DNA of 64,000 nucleotides from Acidimicrobiia bacterium (GTDB lineage Bacteria; Actinomycetota; Acidimicrobiia; Acidimicrobiales; JANYDT01): NCBI GenBank assembly GCA_031429095.1, contig JANOYY010000047.1, positions 4,571 to 68,570 of the forward strand, read 5' to 3'. Shown piece by piece: positions 55,311 to 64,000 of this stretch (position 1 is its first letter; each line of letters starts with the position of its first letter). The notes under the pieces were generated by a model. It saw only the letters and a program-made list of their open reading frames with translations, ran no database searches and was not told where the DNA came from. The position numbers and the translations under genes were made by a program.

Positions 55311-56534
55311 TCACTCAAGAAGACTCGGGTACTCCAGCAATTCTTCAAGGAGGCGTTCTTCATGGACGACTCGTCCAAAGGCTCTGAAAATTTCGCGCAA
55401 AGGAAAGTCCCACGGTGTCGGTCCGGGATCGGCGTCGTCGAGGGGCAGTTCTACGCCGGCGGCGAACGCGTCGGCAACAGCGCACTCGTAGTCCTTGGCG
55501 TCCATCCTCCACGGCCGCAGTCCAATCGCCGCCATTCGCCGACAGATCGACAACCCTGCCGCATCGAAGTCACCGTGATAGCGAACTTCGGCCCCTGACT
55601 CCAGCAGTTGGGTCAGCAGCAGACGAACCGCGACCGACGGATTCCCATTCGTGGAAATGACAGTCAAGGAGGAGCGGCGCTGGGCCGCTGCTTCGACGAC
55701 ACGCGGGTTTTCCGTCACCAGCACGACTGTGCCCGCTTCCACCTTCACTGGATTGGAACGCAACGCCATCTGACTTAGGTGGGCAACGACGCCGAGCGAC
55801 GTTGCCGTCCACGCGATCGGTGCGAGTCCATCACCGGCCACGATGGGAAGATTCCAGGTGAGTGCCGGGGCGGAGACTGAGTCGTTCGGTGCGCCAGCGC
55901 GGTCCCAAACAGTGCGATCGGTGTCGTCGTAGAGTTCAATCGCGTAGTGGTGGCGCAACCCGCGCATCACTGATGCGCTGAGACGCGTTCCGGGGTCGAG
56001 CGCATGGGAATCGCCGAGCACACGTGCCGCGAGGTCCACGCGACTGCGAGGCTGGTCGGCGCAAGAAAGTGCATCCAGACATCGCCGGACGTCCCTCACG
56101 AGGCCAACTGCACCGTCATTGTCGAGCCCGCGTAGGAGACCGGACTGGATCACGTCGTTGATCCAACTTGTGCCCCACAGCTCGGGCCAAACCGAGACCT
56201 CGACGCGTACGGCCTCGCGTGCGTCTGCGCGGACCCTACGCTCGGTGCGCCGATCTTCGTTCGCGAACGACATTGCATGACCGAGGCTGTCGAGCGCCCG
56301 TACCAGATCAGGGCCGGCGCCAACACGCTCGAGAGCGCGTTCCAACTCGACGAGGTCAACGGTTGCCGTCAACGAGCGGCCGAGCAGCGATGTGAGGTGC
56401 TGTCGACCGCCTGTCGAAAGCGGCGGGATGCGCAAACGACCGCGCCGGATCGAGCCGAGGCGCTCCAGACGGTCACGCACAGCGTCCCACAAGGGTGAAA
56501 GGTCCGGACCGGTGAGCGAAGAAGGCGGCGTCAC
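55311..56534 (-). CDS. jetD: Wadjet JetD (TIGR02679-like; DUF3323 + DUF2399 Toprim nuclease)
   Basis: 407 aa. Toprim Glu in VVLVTENPRVVEAAA and DxD in YHGDFDAAGLSI. The GTG start overlaps the jetB stop (GTGA). Confidence 0.85.
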   Translation of the reverse strand: MTPPSSLTGPDLSPLWDAVRDRLERLGSIRRGRLRIPPLSTGGRQHLTSLLGRSLTATVDLVELERALERVGAGPDLVRALDSLGHAMSFANEDRRTERRVRADAREAVRVEVSVWPELWGTSWINDVIQSGLLRGLDNDGAVGLVRDVRRCLDALSCADQPRSRVDLAARVLGDSHALDPGTRLSASVMRGLRHHYAIELYDDTDRTVWDRAGAPNDSVSAPALTWNLPIVAGDGLAPIAWTATSLGVVAHLSQMALRSNPVKVEAGTVVLVTENPRVVEAAAQRRSSLTVISTNGNPSVAVRLLLTQLLESGAEVRYHGDFDAAGLSICRRMAAIGLRPWRMDAKDYECAVADAFAAGVELPLDDADPGPTPWDFPLREIFRAFGRVVHEERLLEELLEYPSLLE

Positions 56535-57652
56535 CAGAGCGACTCCTGTTCGACGGCGACCACCGTCACTTCCGGTGCGAATCGCCGTCCCGCTGCGAGC
56601 AGGTGCAGTCGTGCCTCCTCGACGCGGGCGAGACGATGCGCCGCAAGCAATACAACGACGTCACGAGCAAGGCGGTCCGGTGATGTCGTGAGGTCCTTGG
56701 ACCAATGCGATGCGTGCTCGTGCGCAAGGTCAGCGACGATAGCTTCGACTTCGTGCATCGCCGTCGATGATTCGAGCCGCTCGATCAGGAGCAATGCGCA
56801 GTGGCTGACCGTACCGCTGCTCGGGAATCGGAGATCGCTCAATGCCCCCGTCGGGTCGATCGCCGCGATGCCCTCCGCCCGGGACTCAAGGGACAGGCCG
56901 AACATTTCGTCGAGCATGCGCGCCTCCTCCCCTTGGCGTCGACGCAATTCCGTCCACTCGCTCTCGTCAAGGTCGGCCCGATACACAACGGAGTCCTCGA
57001 CCAGATGACACCGGGCCCACTGTCGAAAGGAATCGCGACGATCGGCCCGCTCCAGCACCGCCGAGGCGTCCGACTCTCCGAGCAGCGCGCCAATCGGAAG
57101 AAGCGCAATGCGGTCGGGTCGGATCCGTAGAACTGCATCGGCTTCCGCATCATCGACGTAGCGATCGACCTGCTCATGCAGTTCCGAGGCGAGGCCCTGG
57201 TCGACCATCCACCGCAAAACGGTGACCAGAGATCGCCGCTCCGACGCATCGGTGCCCAGATGCGAACTCGCTTCCGCTGCCGCCGAGCGGATGTCACCGA
57301 CGAGGTCACGTAGGCTCACCACGAGTGGACCCGCGGCAGTACTGGCCAGGACGAGCGCCAGAAGCTGCAGCTCGCGGCGATGAAGCGGTCGCCCGGTCTT
57401 GGTGCGCAGTGGCCGGTTATCGGGGATGATACCCGCCTTGAACAGACGGGCGGTGTCGGCGTCGAGGTGCAAACGGTAGCCGAGGCGTTGGGTGAACCAT
57501 TGGTCGAGGTCGTGGTGATGGCGACGGATAAGTCGGAAAACGTCGGGATGGTATTCGGCACAGGTCAGTGGGTACATCAGGAGATGTCGCGCGCACTCGC
57601 GCCGTTCGTGGGCGGCCTGCGGGTCGCCCAACTCCGTTTTGTCCTCAGCCAC
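56531..57652 (-). CDS. jetB: Wadjet JetB (TIGR02678/DUF2398-like kleisin partner)
   Basis: ERRECARHLLMYPLTCAEYHPDVFRLIRRHHHDLDQWFTQRLGYRLHLD and the size fit DUF2398. The GTG start at 57652 overlaps the jetA stop by 8 nt. An alternative TTG at 57688 would give 385 aa. Confidence 0.8.
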   Translation of the reverse strand: MAEDKTELGDPQAAHERRECARHLLMYPLTCAEYHPDVFRLIRRHHHDLDQWFTQRLGYRLHLDADTARLFKAGIIPDNRPLRTKTGRPLHRRELQLLALVLASTAAGPLVVSLRDLVGDIRSAAAEASSHLGTDASERRSLVTVLRWMVDQGLASELHEQVDRYVDDAEADAVLRIRPDRIALLPIGALLGESDASAVLERADRRDSFRQWARCHLVEDSVVYRADLDESEWTELRRRQGEEARMLDEMFGLSLESRAEGIAAIDPTGALSDLRFPSSGTVSHCALLLIERLESSTAMHEVEAIVADLAHEHASHWSKDLTTSPDRLARDVVVLLAAHRLARVEEARLHLLAAGRRFAPEVTVVAVEQESLW

Positions 57653-59147
57653 GAGAGCGCACTTCCAGCGCGATGTCGACGAGACCAAGCTGCCCTTCGG
57701 GGCAGTCGATCAGCGTGACGACCCCGGGCGTGCGGTGAACCGTGCAGATCAGATCAGTTCCCTCCGGTTGGCGAAAACGGCTCTGTCCGATCAGCGCCTG
57801 CAATTGCCGTAGAGCAGGCATCGTAAGTGTACGGATGGAGTCACCGTCGAATCGTCCAATGGACAGCAGTTCCAGCTCTGCGTGTCGTCGAAGCTCGGCG
57901 TCGGCATAACGTCGGCGACGAATCAACTCGCGTTCCTGGCGGCGGTCACGGAGAGGCGATGGCTGACCGCGATTTGACGTGGTCCCGCGCTCGCGCAACG
58001 ACAATGCGACTTCGGCGCGGGGCGCCTTGGTCCAGGGCGTGAGCGAGGAGACCGGATCGTCGTGATCGCTGGCCAGCGTGCCGAGGTGACGACATGGATA
58101 AAGGCCAAGCGTCACGGCCGCGAGACGGTCCACATCGGCGTCGCCTACGTTGCCGAAGAACGACGCGAGGCGCAGGAAGTCGGCTCGCCTGGATGATGCT
58201 CCGATGCCTGAACGTGAAAGGCGGGCGAGGTTTTGCGTGAGTGTACGAATCGCGGCGATTGCGTCACGGCGGAGTTGTTCGATGCGCGAGGGGTGATTTG
58301 GTCCGCGGACGAACCAGGCGGAAAGATTCATCCAGTCTTCGCGACGCTCTCCGGCTGCGCGGCGGACCGCTACTGAATCAGACAGTCCGGCCCGTTCGAC
58401 CTGAAGGGCAAGGCCTCCAGCGACGCGTTGCACGATCGCGTCGATGTGGGGCCCGAGTGTTTGGAGGTGACGGGCGATGGGGCGCGACGCCCGCTCGATC
58501 TCGTCGAGGCGGTCGCTCACGTAACCCACGAGTACTTCGGCGAAGAACCGCAACTCGTCGGGTGCGAGGTCATAGCGGCTCTGCCATTGGTTGATCGCAG
58601 CGAAGAACTGCGTGATCTCCGCCGTAAACACGATATGCGGGTCGAACACCGCCCGGACGAGATCCCCGAGTTCAGTCGCTGATGCTGCTGCGAACGCACG
58701 CTCCTGGCCGACCAGCGTCGCCAGCCGTGCAGCGGCGTCACGAATGGCACCGAGGCGTCCGGTTGACACGTCGCGTACGTCCTCGACACGCCCGAGCACT
58801 CCCTCCACGAGGTCGTGTACCTCCTGGCCGGCGCTGGTGATGAGGTAGCGGTTGCGCCGCCGGTAGTAGTCGGCGAGGCTCGACGGGTTCCCGATGGACG
58901 AGGACACAGTCAGGTTGCCCCATCGACGTAGGCTCTCGAGGCGCTCGGGCACCGTATCGGAGATGACCTCGGAACCGACAGCACCGAGACGCGACACAAC
59001 ATCGTCGGGTGATAGTTCGGCGAAGAAGGTGTTGGCAAAGACGGCCAGGATCGCCCGGTACTCGCGCCACTCTTCGGCGGTGACATAGCGGAAAAGTTGG
59101 CGTCCGGTGAGATCACTTTCGGCGGCCGTTTGATCCGCTGTACTCAT
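57645..59147 (-). CDS. jetA: Wadjet JetA (TIGR02677/DUF2397-like)
   Basis: Starts MSTADQTAAESDLTGRQLFRYVTAEEWREYRAILAVFANTFF at ATG 59147, forming an ATGA overlap with the jetC stop. About 500 aa, as expected for this family. The 559-aa ORF start lies inside jetC. Confidence 0.85.
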   Translation of the reverse strand: MSTADQTAAESDLTGRQLFRYVTAEEWREYRAILAVFANTFFAELSPDDVVSRLGAVGSEVISDTVPERLESLRRWGNLTVSSSIGNPSSLADYYRRRNRYLITSAGQEVHDLVEGVLGRVEDVRDVSTGRLGAIRDAAARLATLVGQERAFAAASATELGDLVRAVFDPHIVFTAEITQFFAAINQWQSRYDLAPDELRFFAEVLVGYVSDRLDEIERASRPIARHLQTLGPHIDAIVQRVAGGLALQVERAGLSDSVAVRRAAGERREDWMNLSAWFVRGPNHPSRIEQLRRDAIAAIRTLTQNLARLSRSGIGASSRRADFLRLASFFGNVGDADVDRLAAVTLGLYPCRHLGTLASDHDDPVSSLTPWTKAPRAEVALSLRERGTTSNRGQPSPLRDRRQERELIRRRRYADAELRRHAELELLSIGRFDGDSIRTLTMPALRQLQALIGQSRFRQPEGTDLICTVHRTPGVVTLIDCPEGQLGLVDIALEVRSRG

Positions 59148-62100
59148 GGAAGCAACGTCTGATTCGTACCGGGGTTCAAGGGCGTTCGGTCTGAACTGTC
59201 GGGGAACCCTCGTTCGAGCGAGCGGCCGTTCCAGCGCGCGTGTTCGAGCACGATTGTGCTCATTTCCGCATCGCGAATCACTTCGCAGATGGACAGTTCG
59301 GGCACGCTTGCGTGCGTGCCCCACAGACGTTCGCTTGTCGCAATGAAGTCGAGATCGAGCTCGACGAGAAGGCCGAACAGCGGGCCATGGTTGTCTTCGG
59401 AAACTTTGGCGAAGGCGTCGTCAAGAAGAAGGAACCTCGGCGCAGTCGGTTCGCGTTCGGCCACTGCGTCGCATGATGCGGCGACGGCAGCGAACAACGG
59501 AAGGTACGAAACGACCTTCTTCTCACCCTCGGACAGGTTCGGGTGACGAGCGAGTTGACGCGGCGACGCGCCAGGGCGATGGACCAGGATCGACATTTCA
59601 TGCCAGGTTCGGTAATCCAGGACTCGGGCAATGAGATCGCGGTAGGTCGCATCCGGTTCGTCTCGACGCGCATCATCGATACGAGACGAAAGCGATGCCG
59701 CAAGCTTTGAATCCTCCTCGACGTCGCGGTGATCGGGGCTCTTGGCCAAAAGGGCGATGATGTCGGCCAGGTCCCCGTCGATGTCGTCGCGGCGTTGCCA
59801 TCGAAGCGATGCGCCGATGCCGTGAGCAGTCGTCACCGTAGATAACCGCTTGTTCATCAGCTTCACCAACTCACCGGCCGCAAACAGCTTCGCGGCGACC
59901 TCGGTGGCGATCACGCCCTGAAGCAGATTGCGAAGCGCATGGTCTTGTTTCGCGGTGAGCAGGCTCGATTGCACGCGTAGCTGGGTGTCGACTTCGGCGG
60001 AAGCATCGGCGAGCGGCATGCGGCCGAGCGGTCCCGTGACCACGACAGCGAGGGGGAGTGCCGGGTCGGCCTGGTGATCCTCGGCGTCCCAACCGGCGCC
60101 GAGATTCTCACGTCGTTGTCGCAGGGACAACCGGACGTTCTCCGCGCCGACGTCGCTGCGTTCGGGCGCTGCGATGGCGCGCAGAATTGCGGTCGCCAGG
60201 TCCCGGACACCATCGGCTGATTCCGTAACGTTCGGCCACCTCGGGGGAGGTCGTAACTGCCGAGCACCCTCGGCATTCGACTCGGCAACGACACCGGTGG
60301 TGGTCGCTGACGCAACGAGTCCACCGACCGCCAACGTGGCGAGAAGGCCTGGCAGCAGTGCTGCACAGCGTTGCTCTCGTTCGGCCATGGCTCCGGCTGA
60401 TGTGCGGGCCACCTCTTCGGTCCGGGATTGTTCCGTCACGGCCTGCTTCGAGCGTGTCCGTGCGAGCTGCAACTGCTCACGGGTACGTTTTCTCTCGCGT
60501 TCGGTGGCATCGATAACCTCGACGATTTCGGCCCACGCTGTGGCGACGGTGTCTTCGAGCGTGACCAATCTGGCCCGCTGCTCGCTGTGCTCAGCTGTGC
60601 GAACTTGCACACGTCCGATCCGGTCGAGGTGGTCAGCGAGCGTGCTGCGCCAGGAGTCTATCGACGTGGTCCAACTGCGGAGGGTTGACTCGACGGTCGA
60701 CGCTTGGGGCTCGGCCGCCCGGCAGTCGGCGATCAACGCAGACATGGCGTCGCCACCCTCACGCAATTGGAGTCGGACGAAAGGCAACTGGTGATTCGCG
60801 GCGATTCGATGACCTAAGGCGAGGGTTTCCGCGTGTGCTGCATCGGCCTGTGCAACGGCGCGGCCGGCCTCGGCCGAGGCCACCTGCGCTCGATCGGCGA
60901 CCCGCGCTGCTGCGTCGCAGGCCGCGACCGCCGTGGTTAGTGGCTGAATCGAAGGGAGGGCGTTACGGTGTGCCGTGGCGAGGTCCAGCTGGCGTTGACG
61001 TAGGACGAGTGCACTCTCCATTTCACGAACGGACGCCTCCGCTTTGGCGAGGGCTTCGGCGGCTTCCTCGCGCCGGCGCACAAGAGCCGCCCGGCGGTTC
61101 GCCACTCCGATGTGCTCGACCATGGTTTTTGCATGTCGGCCGCGCAACGCGCCAACCCGGAACTCGCCGTCGACGCCAATGAAGGATTCCGCATCGACGT
61201 CGCGCTCGGTCGTGATCGTGTTCAGAATCGCCGCAACGTTCCCGTCACCATCGAGCGCGCTCACGAACCTTGAAAGCGATGCGCGGACCGAGGAGCGCGC
61301 TACGGCGACCAGCTCTCCGTTCGCCAAAGCGACGGCACCGCTTGGGAGAAGCTCGGCGCTCAACAGACCGGACGCCTCCATCGCGGCCTCGATGCCGAGC
61401 TGATCCTCCGGAGCAACACCTGAGGCGAAGTCGATCGCCTCGGCCAACACCCTCCGACGATCGGACCGCTGCCATGACATCGCCGGTGGATCGGGTAGCA
61501 CGGCTTGGGCGAGCGCATCACACACCGAACGGCTCCGGTCCTCTTCGAGACGCAGCTGATCGAGCAACGCCTCGAGTTTCGCAATCAACCCCCGGTGGTG
61601 ATCGGCAATGGACTGCACAGCATCTATAAGTGCACATATAATATCGTCGAGACCGTCGAGAAGATCGGGTCGTTCAACGGCCGATGCCAGTTCAGCCATC
61701 GGAAGGCTGATCTCATCTCCTCCTGGTTGGCTCAGAGCTGCAAGCCAACGTTGTGTCGCAGATCGCCATTCCTGTTCGCCACGTCGTCGCTCTTCGCGCG
61801 CTCGTCGGGCGTCCAATTCGGCCGACGCTTCTTCTGAAACGAGTTGGGCGTGTCGTCTCTCGGCGGCTCGCAAATCGGCTTCCAGACGGTCAACGGCGTC
61901 GAGTTGCGCAACAACGTCCGCGATGTCGCAACGGCGGATTTCGGCATCAGCGACAGATCGTGAGAGCGCACTTCTCAAAACCGAAAGATCCAGCGTCAAC
62001 GACGAGGGAATGGGGAGATCACCGACGTCCAGTTCGGTTTCGCTCGACACAGTGACCGTGGGCAACGGAGGCGGCGGATCGATGCGCCAGAGGACGGCGA

Positions 62101-63301
62101 CGGCCCCCACTTCCTCAAGATGGGTTTGTAGCGACGTGACAGCGCCTTTGAAGGCGACGTGCATTTCGGACACGCGCCGAGCGAACTCGGCGCGTCGGTG
62201 TCTGCATTCGACCGCGTCGCTCTCGGCAGTCTGCACGGCCTGAGCCAGTGTGGCGACGTGATTGCGGAGATGCATGAGGTCGGCACCGTCACGGTATGCG
62301 GGACGCTCGCGAAGGGCTTGCAGCTCGTTTTCGATCCGGGCGTCGTCGCTCTCGAGCCGCGATACGTCGGCTTCGCTGCCGACCACCGCAGCCGTCGCCG
62401 TTGCTGCGTTTGCAGTCGCCACCTCCCGGTCGCGTCGGGCTGATCGTACGATGCGGTGAAGTTCTTCCGCATGCGACGCGCGAGAACGCAATTCAGAGCG
62501 CGCATAGCTTTCATAAACGTTGCAGAGACCCGCCAAAGCTTCAGTGGTCCGTCGTAACGACGCGACGTTGTCCCGATGCTCGTCGAGATCTTCAAGGGGC
62601 TGGGCCGCGTCGGCGAGGGCGGCCTCCGACAACTGGGGGAGCGCACTCTCGAGGTACGACGGGAGGTCCACGTCGATACGGTCGCCCACTCTTGGGCTCC
62701 GCACGATGTGCAACAGCCGTATGTGCTGTTCGAGATCCGCGCCGCCAAAGAGTCGAGAGCGAACTTCGTTGCGGTAGTCGCCTCGTCGGTCATGGGCGAA
62801 CACAGCAGACGTTCCGAGGACGGTTCGCAACGAGTCCACGGTGAGCGGGGTTCGTCGGTCCAACAGCGAGAAGTCGAACCCGGGTCTACGGTCCGTTAAG
62901 AACCACCACGTGGTGACCCGGTCCGTCGACGCGTTTGCCCGAATGCCGCAGCCACATACGATGTGGTTGATCTCGCCGGTCACCATGTCGACCCGCTCGA
63001 ACTCGATCCAGAGATACCCCACCGGGTTTGGCTCGTCGCGTCCCGAAAGCATCCAGGAGCGCAGCACGCCTGTTTGTTCGCCGGCAGCATCGATGCGACG
63101 CACGTCGGCCTCAAGCAGGAACGGCAGGAGCATGTTCATGGCCGTCGACTTGCCGGAGCCGTTCACGCCTCGCAGCAGCAGCCGACCTCCGGCGAGCTCG
63201 ATCGTTTCGTCGCCGTATTGATAGACGTTGAGGATGCCCGCCCGATTGAGGTGCCACCGACCCAGCATCGAGATGGATGCTACCGCGGTGAACCCGCCCA
63301 A
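59144..63301 (-). CDS. jetC: Wadjet JetC (TIGR02680-like SMC/ABC-type ATPase)
   Basis: Walker A LLLRGVNGSGKSTAMNMLLPFLLEAD, a long coiled-coil middle, signature LSEGEKKV and Walker B RFLLLDDAFAKVSEDNHG. It is about 1385 aa if it starts at TTG 63301 (GAGGAG SD 6 nt upstream). ATG 63268 is an alternative; the longest ORF starts at 63463. Confidence 0.9.
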   Translation of the reverse strand: MGGFTAVASISMLGRWHLNRAGILNVYQYGDETIELAGGRLLLRGVNGSGKSTAMNMLLPFLLEADVRRIDAAGEQTGVLRSWMLSGRDEPNPVGYLWIEFERVDMVTGEINHIVCGCGIRANASTDRVTTWWFLTDRRPGFDFSLLDRRTPLTVDSLRTVLGTSAVFAHDRRGDYRNEVRSRLFGGADLEQHIRLLHIVRSPRVGDRIDVDLPSYLESALPQLSEAALADAAQPLEDLDEHRDNVASLRRTTEALAGLCNVYESYARSELRSRASHAEELHRIVRSARRDREVATANAATATAAVVGSEADVSRLESDDARIENELQALRERPAYRDGADLMHLRNHVATLAQAVQTAESDAVECRHRRAEFARRVSEMHVAFKGAVTSLQTHLEEVGAVAVLWRIDPPPPLPTVTVSSETELDVGDLPIPSSLTLDLSVLRSALSRSVADAEIRRCDIADVVAQLDAVDRLEADLRAAERRHAQLVSEEASAELDARRAREERRRGEQEWRSATQRWLAALSQPGGDEISLPMAELASAVERPDLLDGLDDIICALIDAVQSIADHHRGLIAKLEALLDQLRLEEDRSRSVCDALAQAVLPDPPAMSWQRSDRRRVLAEAIDFASGVAPEDQLGIEAAMEASGLLSAELLPSGAVALANGELVAVARSSVRASLSRFVSALDGDGNVAAILNTITTERDVDAESFIGVDGEFRVGALRGRHAKTMVEHIGVANRRAALVRRREEAAEALAKAEASVREMESALVLRQRQLDLATAHRNALPSIQPLTTAVAACDAAARVADRAQVASAEAGRAVAQADAAHAETLALGHRIAANHQLPFVRLQLREGGDAMSALIADCRAAEPQASTVESTLRSWTTSIDSWRSTLADHLDRIGRVQVRTAEHSEQRARLVTLEDTVATAWAEIVEVIDATERERKRTREQLQLARTRSKQAVTEQSRTEEVARTSAGAMAEREQRCAALLPGLLATLAVGGLVASATTTGVVAESNAEGARQLRPPPRWPNVTESADGVRDLATAILRAIAAPERSDVGAENVRLSLRQRRENLGAGWDAEDHQADPALPLAVVVTGPLGRMPLADASAEVDTQLRVQSSLLTAKQDHALRNLLQGVIATEVAAKLFAAGELVKLMNKRLSTVTTAHGIGASLRWQRRDDIDGDLADIIALLAKSPDHRDVEEDSKLAASLSSRIDDARRDEPDATYRDLIARVLDYRTWHEMSILVHRPGASPRQLARHPNLSEGEKKVVSYLPLFAAVAASCDAVAEREPTAPRFLLLDDAFAKVSEDNHGPLFGLLVELDLDFIATSERLWGTHASVPELSICEVIRDAEMSTIVLEHARWNGRSLERGFPDSSDRTPLNPGTNQTLLP

Positions 63302-63339
63302 AATTTTCTCCTCGACGGGACCATTCCCGACATCTCGCG

Positions 63340-63564
63340 TTGGCAGACAGGTGTCCCAGGTACCTCGACATCGGAATCGCCGACTTGCTCCTGGCGCCTT
63401 GTTGGTGGACAATTCCTTTTGTGTCCGGCCCCGAGAACTCAGACGACCCGAAGGAGAAGCCACCGGCGTCGCGGCCCGACGGTGGCGCCAACGATGGCTT
63501 CGCCGCCATGGCTATCCTGGCACTGGTGATCGCGCTGATCGTATTCGCCGTCCGCCTGATCTAG
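63340..63564 (+). CDS. possible small tail-anchored membrane protein (hypothetical)
   Basis: The ORF ends in a clear TM helix (FAAMAILALVIALIVFAVRLI), and its 3' two-thirds have strong GC3 bias. The true start may be GTG 63421. There is no SD and no homology that I recognise. Confidence 0.3.
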   Translation: MADRCPRYLDIGIADLLLAPCWWTIPFVSGPENSDDPKEKPPASRPDGGANDGFAAMAILALVIALIVFAVRLI

Positions 63565-63675
63565 CGGGGTCGCCGTGAGGCGTGACGAGAACGGGTTAGT
63601 TGGTGAGGAGACCCTCTAAGCTTTCGCTTTCCGGCGCTCGCATGATGCGTGCACGGTTTCGAGGAGGTAGCCAAA

Positions 63676-64000
63676 ATGTCGAGTCCGAACCACACCGCGC
63701 CGACCGACGAGGTCGTTGAGCACGTGCTCGGCCTGGGAGGTTTCAGCTTCGTTGGGCTCGACCGACGCCAACAGCTCGACGCCGTTCGCCGCTTCGCCGG
63801 CGCGTTGGTTCGCCGCCCTTCGGTGGTGGCCGAGCATGCGCTCCGATTCGCTTCCGAAGAGTTGACCATCCTCACGGGCAGATCTGACCGCTCGCCTGAT
63901 CCCAAGGATCGCCGCTTCGCCGATCCGGCATGGCAGGGAGGCCCCTGGAAGCCTCTCGTCCAGTCGTATCTCGCATTCCGCGATTCGGTCATGGCGACGA
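63676..64000 (+). CDS. phaC: poly(3-hydroxyalkanoate) synthase (PhaC) N-terminal part, continues beyond window
   Basis: Not in the ORF track (no stop). ATG 63676 has a GAGGAGG SD 8 nt upstream. My translation is MSSPNHTAPTDEVVEHVLGLGG...RSPDPKDRRFADPAWQGGPWKPLVQSYLAFRDSV, the conserved PhaC_N motif (D-x-R-F-x-D-P-A-W). Confidence 0.75.
   Translation, partial: MSSPNHTAPTDEVVEHVLGLGGFSFVGLDRRQQLDAVRRFAGALVRRPSVVAEHALRFASEELTILTGRSDRSPDPKDRRFADPAWQGGPWKPLVQSYLAFRDSVMAT

Noticed and set aside
63561-63992. 143-aa minus-strand ORF at the window end
   Set aside because: It is antisense to the plus-strand frame that encodes a convincing PhaC N-terminus with a strong SD.
1-64000. Search by eye for tRNA, rRNA, riboswitch, transposase, integrase, phage or toxin-antitoxin genes
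   Set aside because: I found nothing convincing. There is no cloverleaf-like or rRNA-like conserved sequence, and no DDE or tyrosine-recombinase motifs in any listed ORF. A covariance-model scan (Infernal/tRNAscan-SE) would be needed to exclude small RNAs.

Overview
High-GC, actinobacterium-like chromosomal segment. All family calls come from reading the supplied translations and my own translations of unlisted frames; no searches were run. I support about 62 protein-coding genes or gene relics. I recognised no rRNA, tRNA, CRISPR array, transposase or integrase. (1) 1-40 kb is a dense redox/catabolic block with almost no regulators. It holds a sugar kinase, seven SDRs, a Zn-ADH, four cytochrome P450s (three are paralogues), one ferredoxin, three amidohydrolases, four NTF2/SnoaL-like proteins, an F420-type luciferase-like oxidoreductase, a class II aldolase, a five-gene HAAT-type ABC importer, a PQQ sugar dehydrogenase and two MFS pumps. 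It also holds a heliorhodopsin relic and a 15-bp tandem repeat array. (2) 41.1-44.2 kb is the most unusual locus: four translationally coupled genes. They encode a polypeptide-type GT-A glycosyltransferase, a prolyl-4-hydroxylase, a 99-aa polyproline protein and a eukaryote-type UDP-galactopyranose-mutase homologue. I interpret this as a candidate bacterial hydroxyproline-O-glycosylation system. (3) 49-55 kb is a decayed accessory stretch. It contains a truncated HTH regulator, two Thr-rich surface proteins, and a multiply frameshifted Zn-metalloprotease fused to a Fic-family C-terminal fragment. (4) 55.3-63.3 kb is a complete type II Wadjet (JetABCD, TIGR02677-02680-like) operon in the order C-A-B-D. 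The window ends in the 5' part of a PHA synthase gene. Many long ORFs in the supplied track are antisense or out-of-frame shadows typical of high-GC DNA. Several true genes start well downstream of the longest ORF start.
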